64,000 bases of DNA from Deinococcota bacterium (GCA_041695225.1 JBGFRI010000011.1:32001-96000); one strand, 5' to 3'; numbered from the stretch's first letter, positions 47,088 through 56,946 are shown. A program made the numbers and translations. Notes: generated by a model not told the origin, from the sequence alone.

Positions 47088-47148
47088 TCACAAACCAAAG
47101 GCCAGGGGGCAGCAAAGGCTGCCCCTTTTCTTTGCCTGGAGGCCCCAA

Positions 47149-47700
47149 GTGCTAACCATACACACCACCAAGCAGGGCTTGCAGGCCCTGGTACATAAAG
47201 CAGTCATCCACCAGAGGATGACGGTATTTCTCTCCTTAGTGGGCAACAGGGAGGAAGTACACGCACTCTGGGGGGCTATAGCTGGTCATGACGAACTACG
47301 GATTGGTGACCAGTCTGTACGCCGGCCCTGGCGGGATATTAAAGCTCGCTTCTCCACTCTGGCGCGAGGGGTTAGCCATGTTGTCATCTGGAGTCAGGAC
47401 GAGGACTACTTCTTTGGCCCCAGGGAGCAGCTTGCGGACTGGCTGGCCCAGTCTTTAGGGCTGCCGGTAATGCCAGAATGGGTGCCTTTCATCGAGGAGA
47501 TTCCCGAGATCAAGGAGACCAGCACCAAAGTCTGGACACATAATACCCACGGGCTGTACCTGCCCAGCTCGGCCCGGCAAGAAGTCCGGGCTTTCATTCA
47601 AGAGGCTCTTAAGGAAGGAAAGCTGCCGTTGCCAGATGGTCTGAGGCATCATCCGGTTCCAGTAGCTGAGAAGGCTTTAGTGATTGAGGCAAGGGGATAA
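47149..47700 (+). CDS. Hypothetical protein
   Basis: GGAGG RBS after hairpin; GTG start; between methylase and helicase. Confidence 0.55.
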   Translation: MLTIHTTKQGLQALVHKAVIHQRMTVFLSLVGNREEVHALWGAIAGHDELRIGDQSVRRPWRDIKARFSTLARGVSHVVIWSQDEDYFFGPREQLADWLAQSLGLPVMPEWVPFIEEIPEIKETSTKVWTHNTHGLYLPSSARQEVRAFIQEALKEGKLPLPDGLRHHPVPVAEKALVIEARG

Positions 47701-47703
47701 CTG

Positions 47704-49758
47704 ATGGAGCTGACCCTGACCCAGTTCATGGAACAGCACGGGGCCGTGCTTTTTGCCCAGGCTGAGACCCAGTTTCCCCCGGTGCTGCGGAGCGCAGAGA
47801 TCCAGAGCAGGGGCCGGACGCCTCTAGGGGTGCAGGCCCTGGCCGCCTCGGCTATGCTCAGGGCTTTGCAGGATGGCCGGGCTGGTTTTCTGGTAGCCGA
47901 GATGTCTACCGGGAAGACCAAGATGGCGCTGGACACGGTGATGAATTTTGATCCCAAGGGCCGGTATCTGGTTCTCTGTCCCCCGCACCTGGTAGAAAAG
48001 TGGAAACGGGAAGCTGAGATGGAGGGATTTGGCGCGGTTATTCTGGATTCCCCGGCCTCGGTCCGCTCTCTGCCCCACCTGGCAACGCCTCTGGTTGCTA
48101 TTCTTAGCCGGGAAAAAGCCAAGCTCGGGCCAGGCTGGGAGCCTGGTCTAATCTGGCGTAGAAAGTTTGTGAAAACAAAATACGGAACGGAGTATTTCCA
48201 GGTTCCTACCTGCCCGCGCTGTGGCCAGGTGGTCAAGGACAAAGAAGGTATGCCGCTGGAGAAGGATGCGGCAGCGCGAAAGAAACATAAGTGCCAGTGC
48301 GGAGAGCCCATCTGGAACCAGAAGGCCCCGGCCCGGGTCGCTTTAGCAGACTACCTCAAGCGCTACTTACCCAAGGGATTTTTCAAGGCCCTGATCCTGG
48401 ACGAGGCCCATGAGTACAAGGCTGGCGAGAGCGCCCAGGGGATTGTGGCCGGGGTGCTCGCAGACTGGACTGGCCGGGTACTGGCCCTGACCGGGACGCT
48501 GTTTGGGGGCTATGCCAGCAACCTGTTTCACCTTTTCTGGCGGTTTCTGCCGGGTTTCCGGGAGGAGTATGACCGGAATGAGGTCTCACGGTTTGTAGCC
48601 GAGTACGGGCTGCTCGAGCGGGTTGAGACCACCCCGCTTGATGAGGATGGGCGGGTTTCTCGGCGCAAGAGCAGTAGCGTTACTACCAAGGAGAGGCCCG
48701 GGCTCTCGCCTCTACTTTTGCCCAAACTGCTGCCGCATACTGCCTTTGTGCGGTTGCGTGAGGTGGTCGAGGCCCTGCCCCCTTACAGCGAGAAAGTACG
48801 GATCACCCAGCTTGAAGGAGAGCACCGGGACAGGGTAGTGAGGTTCTACCACGAACTGAGCGAGGCAATGCGTGAAGCCCTGCGGAATGGCTCCAAGAAG
48901 CTGCTGGGAGCCTATCTACAAGGGGCGCTGAATGGGCCCGACGCCAGCTTTGCGGACCTGGAGGTCTTCGATCCCGAGTCAAAGCGGCTGGTAGCCTCCC
49001 TTTCGGCCATGCCGGCAGAGTACCAGCATCCCAAGGAGCACGAGCTTATCCGGCTGGTGCAGCAGGAACGTGCTAAAGGCCGGCGGGTACTGGTTTACGT
49101 GCAGAACACGGACAAGATCAACCAGGTAGCCAGGCTGGAAGGGCTCTTGAAGGCCGAGGGCATCCAGGCCAAAGGGCTGTACAGTACCACGGTCAATCCC
49201 AGCGAGCGGGAACGCTGGCTAGATAAGCAGCTTCAGGGCGGGGTCGAGGTAGTAATCGCCCACCCCCGGCTGGTGCAGACCGGCCTGGATCTAATTGGTT
49301 TTCCCACCCTGGTCTTTTACCAGACCGAATACTCGGTCTATACGTTACGGCAGGCCGCCAGACGAAGCTGGCGGATCGGGCAGAAGCATCCTGTACAGGT
49401 AGTCTTTCTGGCCTACGAGGAGACCCTCCAGACCCCGGCGTTAAAACTCATCGCCACCAAGACCAAAAGCTCCCTGGCTCTGGAAGGGGAGCTGGTGGAG
49501 GGTGGCCTTACCGCGATGAGCGAGGAAGACCCTACCCTGCTGCTGGCCGGGGCCCTGGCCGGGACGATCCGGCTGGACTGGGATGGCCAGGAAAGTTTAG
49601 GTGTTGAGGAAGGAGCGCCGGCGCTGGTTTCTGTTCCTGAAGTTGGAGTACGGGAAATTACACTCCTAGAGCTGCCTACCCTCAAGGAAGAGCGCTGGGT
49701 AAAGGTTGGGAAGAAGAAGGTGCTGGTTCCTGCCGGGCAACCAGTGTTGTTCAGTTGA
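47704..49758 (+). CDS. SF2 (SNF2/DEAD-like) helicase
   Basis: EMSTGKT, LILDEAHE, LTGT, VQTGLDL, QAARRSWRIGQ; internal Zn motif. Confidence 0.9.
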   Translation: MELTLTQFMEQHGAVLFAQAETQFPPVLRSAEIQSRGRTPLGVQALAASAMLRALQDGRAGFLVAEMSTGKTKMALDTVMNFDPKGRYLVLCPPHLVEKWKREAEMEGFGAVILDSPASVRSLPHLATPLVAILSREKAKLGPGWEPGLIWRRKFVKTKYGTEYFQVPTCPRCGQVVKDKEGMPLEKDAAARKKHKCQCGEPIWNQKAPARVALADYLKRYLPKGFFKALILDEAHEYKAGESAQGIVAGVLADWTGRVLALTGTLFGGYASNLFHLFWRFLPGFREEYDRNEVSRFVAEYGLLERVETTPLDEDGRVSRRKSSSVTTKERPGLSPLLLPKLLPHTAFVRLREVVEALPPYSEKVRITQLEGEHRDRVVRFYHELSEAMREALRNGSKKLLGAYLQGALNGPDASFADLEVFDPESKRLVASLSAMPAEYQHPKEHELIRLVQQERAKGRRVLVYVQNTDKINQVARLEGLLKAEGIQAKGLYSTTVNPSERERWLDKQLQGGVEVVIAHPRLVQTGLDLIGFPTLVFYQTEYSVYTLRQAARRSWRIGQKHPVQVVFLAYEETLQTPALKLIATKTKSSLALEGELVEGGLTAMSEEDPTLLLAGALAGTIRLDWDGQESLGVEEGAPALVSVPEVGVREITLLELPTLKEERWVKVGKKKVLVPAGQPVLFS

Positions 49759-49854
49759 CCGCAGGGTGGCTTTTGGCACCGTGGTACTGAGAGAGCGAGT
49801 TAATGAGACTCAAGACGTATACTGAGAAACAGGAAGAGCATCCAAGGAGGATAA

Positions 49855-50085
49855 GTGCCCAGGAATGTTACTCTCGAGAAAATGGCTGAGGCAGCCTACA
49901 TAATTGCGTTGCATCTGCGCGACGCAAATAAGGACGGCGTTCAGACCGGGCAAACTCCTGATAGTAGAGAAATGGCTGAATTAAGCAGACTGCTGACCAG
50001 AGCTTTGAAGCTCTCCAACAAACTAGCGGAAAATGTGCGGTCCAGGGAATATAGCACGGAGAATCCACCCAAACTGCTCAATTGA
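49855..50085 (+). CDS. Hypothetical protein, paralog family P2
   Basis: AAGGAGG RBS; EMAELSRLLTRALKLSNKL. Confidence 0.55.
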   Translation: MPRNVTLEKMAEAAYIIALHLRDANKDGVQTGQTPDSREMAELSRLLTRALKLSNKLAENVRSREYSTENPPKLLN

Positions 50086-50149
50086 AGCAAGCAGGAGGAG
50101 GCCAGGGGGCAGCTCATGCTGCCCCCTGCCTACCTTTGAGGAGGACTAT

Positions 50150-50368
50150 ATGCGGCTAGAGTTCATTACTAACCTGTGGCGCTGGCTACAGGAAAAGTTT
50201 GGTGTAGGCGCTCCACAGGACATCCCAGATTTTGAGTTACATTACTGGAGAGATTCATCAAGCAACGCTCCCCAGAATCACTCGGCGTGGGAAAGCCCGT
50301 GGGAAGACCCCGGCGAGGACAAGGAATGGTTTGATCTGGAAGGACCGGACCTGCCTAGTGAGTGGTAG
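50150..50368 (+). CDS. Small acidic, Trp-rich protein
   Basis: GAGGAGG RBS after hairpin; bracketed by two repeat hairpins. Confidence 0.5.
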   Translation: MRLEFITNLWRWLQEKFGVGAPQDIPDFELHYWRDSSSNAPQNHSAWESPWEDPGEDKEWFDLEGPDLPSEW

Positions 50369-50434
50369 TTAGCCAAAAAGCAAGAGACCAGGGGGCGGCA
50401 AAAGCTGCCCCTTTCGTTTTGTAAAGGAGCTCTT

Positions 50435-50584
50435 ATGGAAGCAGCATACACAGAGTTTGGCAGACGGGTCTGGCTATGGCTGGTAGACAACTACGGCCCA
50501 CGCGCTCCCGAACCACTAATGGAACAGATGGCAGATATTGCTGTTGAGGCCGGTTTACTTGAGATGAAGGACACGGAGGAGTAG
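50435..50584 (+). CDS. 49-aa hypothetical protein
   Basis: AAGGAG RBS after hairpin. Confidence 0.45.
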   Translation: MEAAYTEFGRRVWLWLVDNYGPRAPEPLMEQMADIAVEAGLLEMKDTEE

Positions 50585-50586
50585 GT

Positions 50587-50973
50587 ATGGGAATCGAATA
50601 CTTTACCCACATGCAAGGGTTTCTCTACCCTGAAAGAAAGCAGGCATTTATCGACCTAGTTACCGGACAGTTTCCTATGGCCGAACATGCCCACGAAAGC
50701 ATCGTTACCGCTATTCCTGGTACGGAGTGGGGCCACGATGAGTATTTTGACGGCCAGCGGGTGCTGATAAACCGCACTCCCCTGATCAATATTGAACCTC
50801 TGGAGTACGCCAACTACCTGGCCAACTTTTTCCAGCAGGGCCTGCTGGTAACCAAACACGAGCTGAACAACCAGGTAGAAGGATTCCTCATCAAAGAAGG
50901 GCTCGTGTATCTCCTTCGGACCGGCTTCCAGGGCCCGTATGGAGAATTTATCCCCTATCCAGAGGGGTGGTAG
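50587..50973 (+). CDS. Hypothetical protein, paralog family P3
   Basis: MGIEYF…PERK…IPG. Confidence 0.6.
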   Translation: MGIEYFTHMQGFLYPERKQAFIDLVTGQFPMAEHAHESIVTAIPGTEWGHDEYFDGQRVLINRTPLINIEPLEYANYLANFFQQGLLVTKHELNNQVEGFLIKEGLVYLLRTGFQGPYGEFIPYPEGW

Positions 50974-50975
50974 CT

Positions 50976-52052
50976 ATGACCCAGGTAAAAATTAGCAAAG
51001 GGGCCTTTGCTAAGGCGGTGGACAACATTACCCGGAATATCCCGGACTCCTATCCCGAGGCCGGCCTGGTTGAGCTAAACCTCAACAGCAGCCTGCATCT
51101 ACGGGCCGCTCATGACCGGCAGATCGAGTGCTCGCTGCCACTGGCTGAGCCGGTAGAGCCAGGCCAAGCGTATGTGTATGGGCCCAAGCTGATCGAGGTG
51201 GTCAAGCATCTACCGGCTGGGGATCTCACCCTCAGTCTGGCCGAGACTGCCCTGAAAATACAGACCGGGACATATACCGCCCAGATCACCCTGGCCCAGC
51301 CGGAGAAGTTTCCCGAATCGGCGTTCTGCGCTAAAGGAGCTGTGCAAGTACCCGCCCAGGACTTATGTGAAGCCCTCGATGCGGTCAAGTATGCGGTAGC
51401 TCGAGAAGAGCACCGCAGAGTTTTTCTAGGCATCCAGCTTGAGCTTGGCCCAGGTCTGAAGGCAGTAGCTACTGACGGTTTTCGGATTGCGATCTGCGAG
51501 ATGCCTGTGCAAGTGCAGGCCGACCCGGTAAAGGTAGTGCTGCCAAAAGTTGCGGTGCAGGATATTATCCGGCTTTTCGAGGACAGCACGGAGACCCTTC
51601 AATTTGCGGTTAACAAAAACCAGGTATCGGTTTCTAGCAGCCAAGCCAGGCTCAGCTTTGTGGTCATGCAGGATACGTTTCCTGACTACCAGAGAGTAGT
51701 GCCCAAAGAATACGTCAGCACAATCACCCTGGATGCGGCCAGTTTGGAGGCTGCCCTGCGCCGGATTGAACTCGTTGCCAACAGCATCAACCATCGGGTA
51801 GACCTGTCTTTCCAGGACAGTGCCCTGTTGCTAGGAACTGAGGGCGACCTGGGCGCAGCTCGAGACAAACTTGAAGCCAGGATAGAAGGGGAGCCCACAA
51901 AACTCTCCTTCAACGCCCGGCTTTTGCGCGAGGCCCTGCCAAAGACTGGACAGGCCCAGCTGGCTCTGAGCGGGGATAAAACTCCCGCCAGGGTTGGATC
52001 GCCAGAGGATAACAGGGTATACGGGGTACTGGCACCGCTGTGGATTCAGTAA
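50976..52052 (+). CDS. dnaN: DNA polymerase III beta sliding clamp
   Basis: 358 aa; AVATDGFRIA, FPDYQRVVP, SFNARLL, three-domain clamp layout. Confidence 0.9.
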   Translation: MTQVKISKGAFAKAVDNITRNIPDSYPEAGLVELNLNSSLHLRAAHDRQIECSLPLAEPVEPGQAYVYGPKLIEVVKHLPAGDLTLSLAETALKIQTGTYTAQITLAQPEKFPESAFCAKGAVQVPAQDLCEALDAVKYAVAREEHRRVFLGIQLELGPGLKAVATDGFRIAICEMPVQVQADPVKVVLPKVAVQDIIRLFEDSTETLQFAVNKNQVSVSSSQARLSFVVMQDTFPDYQRVVPKEYVSTITLDAASLEAALRRIELVANSINHRVDLSFQDSALLLGTEGDLGAARDKLEARIEGEPTKLSFNARLLREALPKTGQAQLALSGDKTPARVGSPEDNRVYGVLAPLWIQ

Positions 52053-52062
52053 GAGAGGCAGT

Positions 52063-52764
52063 ATGCCAAAAAAACGCTGGTATCGCCTGGAGGCCAGCGT
52101 TCTGCAAAACCTGCTGGCCAGGGTCTCGCTGAAGGATGGGCTACTAATCTGGCAGGCCCTGGGGGAAGACCCAAAGAACTTCCCGGCAGGCAGGCCGGAG
52201 AGTCGGAAAAGAGTATTACGACGACTGAGCAAACTGGCAGATGGGGCGGACAAAATGTCCGCCCCTATTGAACGAAACACCCGGACAAATTGTCCCCCCA
52301 GTTTGCGTAAAGGACGGAGAAAACCCCGGCAGGATCAGCGAATAGACCCGGACAAATTGTCCGCCCCTATTGAACGAAAGAAGCGGACAAAATGTCCGGC
52401 CTACCCTGACCCAGCCGGAGCCCTGGCCCAGGAGCTGGGAGGCTGGCGGGCCGGCTTACTGTTCCGGGCGAGGAAGGAACAGAACACCCGGATTCAGGAG
52501 CTGGTTCACCGGCACAAGGAAACCCTGCTTGAGCTTTTGAACCTGGCCGAGGGCCTCCCTCTTCCGAGGCGGGTTCCCACCACCCTGGCCTGGCTGGAGG
52601 AGTTTGCCGGTGAGGTTGAACGGCTGGGGACCGAGGAGGTGCAGAAGGTGTTTTTCGAGGTGAGAAAGCGCGGGGTAGAAAACCCGCTGGCCTACGCGGC
52701 GAAGGTGCTGAAGGCTCGAGGAAAAGAGGAGAAAGTATGGACACCGACCGGAGAAGAGTTCTGA
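52063..52764 (+). CDS. Putative replication initiator containing internal iterons
   Basis: Between dnaN and DnaC-like gene; four GGACAAA[A/T]TGTCC palindromes in mid-gene; C-terminal NPLAYAAKVL resembles DnaD-like domains. Confidence 0.55.
   Translation: MPKKRWYRLEASVLQNLLARVSLKDGLLIWQALGEDPKNFPAGRPESRKRVLRRLSKLADGADKMSAPIERNTRTNCPPSLRKGRRKPRQDQRIDPDKLSAPIERKKRTKCPAYPDPAGALAQELGGWRAGLLFRARKEQNTRIQELVHRHKETLLELLNLAEGLPLPRRVPTTLAWLEEFAGEVERLGTEEVQKVFFEVRKRGVENPLAYAAKVLKARGKEEKVWTPTGEEF
52248..52397. repeat. Iteron-like palindromes, candidate oriV
   Basis: GGACAAA[A/T]TGTCC at 52248, 52283, 52350 and 52385; two pairs with 35-bp spacing inside a ~48-bp direct repeat. Confidence 0.75.
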
Positions 52765-53504
52765 ATCTTGCAGCTCTGGTCGAATCCTTGAGAGCACAGG
52801 GAGGGCAGGAAGTGCTTACCAACCCCGACCTGCCGCCCTGCCCTCTCTGCGGGGCCCTGGCTTTTCAGGGCTATGGCTTCCGCAGCCCGAGCGAGATCGA
52901 GCACGACTGCAACTGCCAGTTTCAGCAGCCCCAGGACTACCTTCAGGGCATTCACCGGGCCTGGCGTGGCTACAATGCTCCGAAGCTACTCCTGGCTGAT
53001 CTGGAGAATTACCCTCACTACCAGGAGTACCTGGGCCGGTCTCTGATCGTCCACCAGGGCAACCTGGCGGCAATCAGCGCAGGTAAGAAGTATCGACAAG
53101 GGCTGCTTTACCTGTGGGGCCCGCCTGGAGTGGGCAAGACCCACCTGGCCCTGCGGCTGGCGGCTGAGCTTGTACGCAAGGGACGGTTTGTACGGTTCCG
53201 CAGCGAGCTCGATCTGCTGGCGGAGGAGCGGGAGGCCGCTACATCTGAAGAGACAGTCCTGCCCTCCTATGAGCGGCTGGTGCTGGACGACTGGGGCAAA
53301 AGCCGGCTCACCCCCTTCACTACCGAGCGGCTTTACGCCCTGATAGAAGGAGCCAGCGCCGGAAGGTTTGATCTGATCATCACTTCCAACTACACCCCCG
53401 AGGCCTCCACTACCCGGCTGGGCGAGGTTGGGGAGGCGGTGGTATCCCGTATCCGGGGCGGGCTGGTGGTGCAGATAGAAGGGCCAGATAGGCGCAGCAC
53501 TTAA
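52737..53504 (+). CDS. DnaC/IstB-like AAA+ helicase loader
   Basis: CPLC…CNC, Walker A GPPGVGKT, LVLDDWG, IITSN, SRI, GPDRR. Confidence 0.85.
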   Translation: MDTDRRRVLNLAALVESLRAQGGQEVLTNPDLPPCPLCGALAFQGYGFRSPSEIEHDCNCQFQQPQDYLQGIHRAWRGYNAPKLLLADLENYPHYQEYLGRSLIVHQGNLAAISAGKKYRQGLLYLWGPPGVGKTHLALRLAAELVRKGRFVRFRSELDLLAEEREAATSEETVLPSYERLVLDDWGKSRLTPFTTERLYALIEGASAGRFDLIITSNYTPEASTTRLGEVGEAVVSRIRGGLVVQIEGPDRRST

Positions 53505-53566
53505 TGCCAGGGGGCAGCACAGCCGCCCCACCTATTTTTGTGAAAGACACTTTGCGGAGGTCCCCG

Positions 53567-53983
53567 ATGGGAATAGATTACTGGTACGGTCTAAAAGAAG
53601 TTCGAGTCATACCCGAGAAACGGGAGCTGCTGGAAGCGATCATTGCCCCCGCCAAGCTGGATGTTCTGAGCATAGAGTATCTGATACAGACAATACCCGG
53701 GCTGCCATATGCTAAGGATGTGCTTCAGGAGCCAGTACAAGACCTGGTAATTCTCGATAATGGTTGCCTGGATCTTAGCCTGGACACCTATCCCTGGCGC
53801 AATCTCAACCCCCAGGCTATGGCGTCACTCCTGTCATATTTGTGCCAGCCAGGTGGGGTGTTGATCGTACACGCCGACGATGAGCGCTGGGGTTACCGCC
53901 TCGATGGAGCTGGTCGGACCACGCATCTGGAACCGGCCCTGGTAGAACCGAGTACGAAGGAATTTGTGGCATGGCTCCCGTAG
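53567..53983 (+). CDS. Hypothetical protein, paralog family P3
   Basis: GGAGG RBS after hairpin; MGIDYW…PEKR…IPG. Confidence 0.6.
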   Translation: MGIDYWYGLKEVRVIPEKRELLEAIIAPAKLDVLSIEYLIQTIPGLPYAKDVLQEPVQDLVILDNGCLDLSLDTYPWRNLNPQAMASLLSYLCQPGGVLIVHADDERWGYRLDGAGRTTHLEPALVEPSTKEFVAWLP

Positions 53984-54079
53984 TTTGCACTGGTAAAGAA
54001 ATCCGCCAGGGGCGGCTTTATACCCTGGCCCGGTTCAAGCGCCTGCCCCGGCCCCCCATTTCAATGAAGAAGGTTGGCA

Positions 54080-54310
54080 ATGACCAGAGACTTACTACGC
54101 GAGTCTGACCAGGCCGCCGGGATGATCCGCCAGTATCTCAAAGAGGTCAAGGATCGGCGTGATCGTTATCAACTCAGGCTGGATACCAGGGAACTGGCCG
54201 AGCTTTACAACGCCCTGGCCCGGGCCCTGAGTATCGCCAACCGGCTTTCGGGCAGGTGTGTTCAGCCTGAAGAGTACACTGCTCAGGCTTTGCAAAAACT
54301 CGTGGACTGA
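54080..54310 (+). CDS. Hypothetical protein, paralog family P2
   Basis: ELAELYNALARALSIANRL…EEY. Confidence 0.55.
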   Translation: MTRDLLRESDQAAGMIRQYLKEVKDRRDRYQLRLDTRELAELYNALARALSIANRLSGRCVQPEEYTAQALQKLVD

Positions 54311-54324
54311 AAAGGAGGAAGTTT

Positions 54325-54630
54325 ATGCGCCGGATCAATGACCCGGTAGTCGTACATCAGTACCTGGTGCGACTCACCGATAATCTGAAATACCTAACTG
54401 TGGCTCAGGCCAGATTACTGCTGGCTTCGAGGGGGATCCGTTGCCAGCACAAAGCAGTAAAGGCAGCCCTGAAGCTGCCTGTAGCTGTAGCTACTATCGT
54501 ACCCCAGCCACTTCCGAAACCTAAAAAAGTGAGGTTGAAGCCATTGGACGATCTACCGCTCACACCCAAAGAACGGGAGATCATGGAGCGCCTACGGCGC
54601 ACACGGGAGGAATCCGACTATGCTCAATAG
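54325..54630 (+). CDS. Basic hypothetical protein
   Basis: AAGGAGG RBS; 101 aa. Confidence 0.55.
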   Translation: MRRINDPVVVHQYLVRLTDNLKYLTVAQARLLLASRGIRCQHKAVKAALKLPVAVATIVPQPLPKPKKVRLKPLDDLPLTPKEREIMERLRRTREESDYAQ

Positions 54631-54802
54631 CCCCAGCACCCCCCACAATCTGTGGGAAGAACCGGTTGAAAAGGTTGAGCTGGCCCGGCACTGGATTGAC
54701 CGGGCGCTGGAGCACTACGAGAAAAACGACTGGCAACACTTCCTGATGGCTGTAAATCTAGTCAAGGAGTGTTTGCAGGATTTCTAGGGATGGAGGTTCT
54801 CA

Positions 54803-55102
54803 ATGGAATGGTGGAAACAGGGAAAATGGTCATCCAAATACTTTGGTGATTTCACCGTTTCCCTTAGCCTGTTACATCCCCGCTTGCTAGTTGTAACTAT
54901 CTACCGCAGCTACACGCTGGAGATAACTGCAAACGTAGACCTCAACAACATGGAGTCGCTGATCACCGTTTTGCAGATTTTACGAGCATTAGGCTGCGAC
55001 GATGCCACTCCCTGGATTACTGATGTTGCGCTAGAGAATGGGCTGGTAGTTACCACTCAGGAGGAACCATGCAATTCATCACACGACAGGCTTTTGCAGT
55101 AG
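54803..55102 (+). CDS. Hypothetical protein
   Basis: GGAGG RBS; 99 aa. Confidence 0.5.
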   Translation: MEWWKQGKWSSKYFGDFTVSLSLLHPRLLVVTIYRSYTLEITANVDLNNMESLITVLQILRALGCDDATPWITDVALENGLVVTTQEEPCNSSHDRLLQ

Positions 55103-55629
55103 CTTACCGACTAGCCCAATTCTACGACCACGAGTGGGCCAGGCGGCCCCTTGAGATTCCTGACTGGGCTACAGGCCCACAGGATCTTCGAGCCCATATC
55201 CGGGTCGAGACCGTGAAGGCACGAGGTAACAACCTACCGGGCATTGCAGAACCCGACCTGAAATACGATGTCAGTGTTGCCTCATGGGAAATATGGCATA
55301 TCGTTGGTACAGAGCGCACCGAGTATTCTATTCTCTGGCACGAACGTGGGTACGAACCACTTTCACTAGCCATATTCGTGACCTGGCCAGATGGACGGGC
55401 ACATATTCACTACACCCACAAGATTGGAACACTCGATGTAGAAGGCAGCTACGGCGGTGCCCTCGAGGCTCGCCACTGGCGGGCGCTGGTTGAGCCAGTA
55501 ACCTGGCTGGACGGAAATACCAACCAGCTCGAGATCGCTTTCCCAGACCGGCCCTGGGAGGCTTTTATCCAGCCTTCCAAAGACCCGGAGCGGTGGTGGG
55601 AGTATGTTGAAAAGGAGGGTGCGGGGTGA
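55069..55629 (+). CDS. Hypothetical protein
   Basis: AGGAGG RBS; 186 aa. Confidence 0.55.
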   Translation: MQFITRQAFAVAYRLAQFYDHEWARRPLEIPDWATGPQDLRAHIRVETVKARGNNLPGIAEPDLKYDVSVASWEIWHIVGTERTEYSILWHERGYEPLSLAIFVTWPDGRAHIHYTHKIGTLDVEGSYGGALEARHWRALVEPVTWLDGNTNQLEIAFPDRPWEAFIQPSKDPERWWEYVEKEGAG

Positions 55630-55931
55630 AAGTCGAACTTGAGCGTACACTTGCAGCACTGCGGGCCTTGCCAGGGGCCCGTATTATCACACACGAAGAC
55701 GCTGGCACTCACATTGTGGCTGTGTTGGATTACAGGCTCGAAGATCTGTTATGTCGCTCCGATGGCACTTTCCGAGTTACAGTCCACTCGGGCCTACCAG
55801 GACGCTACGACGCCTGGGAAATCGACGACCAGGCCATTTATTACGATGGAACCGAAGAAGGCACTCGCTATCCCCCATCATGGCTGTTTTTTGATCTACT
55901 GAGTCCGGTAATCGGGGAGAAGAAGCCATGA
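55626..55931 (+). CDS. Hypothetical protein, paralog family P1
   Basis: LERTLAALRALPG…PSWL. Confidence 0.55.
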   Translation: MKVELERTLAALRALPGARIITHEDAGTHIVAVLDYRLEDLLCRSDGTFRVTVHSGLPGRYDAWEIDDQAIYYDGTEEGTRYPPSWLFFDLLSPVIGEKKP

Positions 55932-56260
55932 ACCGCTACCCGACATTTGAACGAGCCTATGACCACTGGTATTTGCGGGGCTATCGGGTAGGCGACCTGG
56001 TAGCAGCAGTCAATGTCTTCAAAAACAATCTCAACACGCGCAAGCGTGTGTGGCGCGTATCAGAGCCAGACTACGGCTACTGCATGACCATGTGGAAAGG
56101 TACAAAAAAAGAGGCTATTCGCCTTGCCGAACTAATGCAGGAAGAATGCTCGTGGAAAGAGGTCGGTAAGCTGAAAGGTAAACTACAACTGGTCCAGTAC
56201 GAGGATATTGCATACCGGGCTATAGCAAAGCTAGAGCGAGAGCTACAAACCCGGACCTAA
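55928..56260 (+). CDS. Hypothetical protein
   Basis: ATGA coupling; 110 aa. Confidence 0.5.
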   Translation: MNRYPTFERAYDHWYLRGYRVGDLVAAVNVFKNNLNTRKRVWRVSEPDYGYCMTMWKGTKKEAIRLAELMQEECSWKEVGKLKGKLQLVQYEDIAYRAIAKLERELQTRT

Positions 56261-56343
56261 TGTGTTGTTCCGAAAAACATTTATCATTCCAACCACAAGT
56301 AAGGCACGGACATCACGGTACAGCCACTAAGAAAGGAAACGGT

Positions 56344-56718
56344 ATGACAAAGATTCTAGCAGTACAGGACACAGATCTCTGGCTTTTTGCTCAGACGCCG
56401 CAAGGCTGGAAATTCTTGACTTTCGTTTACGAGGACGAAAGACCAGACGTTGCCTTGCGGACTGTAGATAACGTACTTCAGGGCCTGGGAATCCAGGCCA
56501 GTATCCAGGCGGTTGAGCTACCGTGGCTAACCAGCTTTACCTTCGCAGACTTTGAACCAGAAAACGCCTCCAGGCCAGAGCTAGAAGGCCGTCGTCGTCG
56601 GGCAGAGGCCCAGCTCAAGGTGGGGTTCGATGGGGAGACCGAGGCACTAGAGTGGCTTCTGGCACACCGACCAGACTGGGTACTAAAGGGGGCGCAAAAT
56701 ACCGAGCTCTTGTCATAA
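56344..56718 (+). CDS. Hypothetical protein
   Basis: AAGGA RBS; 124 aa. Confidence 0.5.
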   Translation: MTKILAVQDTDLWLFAQTPQGWKFLTFVYEDERPDVALRTVDNVLQGLGIQASIQAVELPWLTSFTFADFEPENASRPELEGRRRRAEAQLKVGFDGETEALEWLLAHRPDWVLKGAQNTELLS

Positions 56719-56719
56719 C

Positions 56720-56766
56720 ACACTAGATATAGTAGTATCTCCGCTATGTCCTACTAGATGGGGTAC
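56720..56766 (+). promoter_or_regulatory. Tandem NrdR boxes
   Basis: ACACTAGATATAGTAG (56720) and weaker CTACTAGATGGGGTAC (56751), 31 bp apart, upstream of nrdAB. Confidence 0.7.
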
Positions 56767-56784
56767 TGTCTAGCCAGGACATGC

Positions 56785-56910
56785 AGTCGCTATGCCTGTT
56801 CCGCCAGGAAGGACCCGGAAGGGTTCGGGGGAAGCCGGTGAGAGTCCGGCGCTGTCCCGCAACGGTAACACGGCCAGTACGTGAAGTCCGAGTACCCGCT
56901 TAGCGACTCC
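56785..56910 (+). promoter_or_regulatory. Cobalamin riboswitch
   Basis: GGGAAGCCGGTGAGAGTCCGGCGCTGTCCCGCAACGGTAA and B12-box AAGTCCGAGTACC upstream of a B12-independent RNR. Confidence 0.9.
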
Positions 56911-56946
56911 ATCCCACGCCCTCGACGGAAGGGCACCGGAGGTCAT

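Noticed and set aside
46149..49758. Restriction-modification or DISARM-type defence system
   Set aside because: No nuclease partner is evident; this methylase plus SF2 helicase pairing is a common ICE/plasmid backbone module.
52737..53504. IS21 IstB transposition helper
   Set aside because: No IstA transposase or terminal inverted repeats; the dnaN and iteron context favours a helicase loader.
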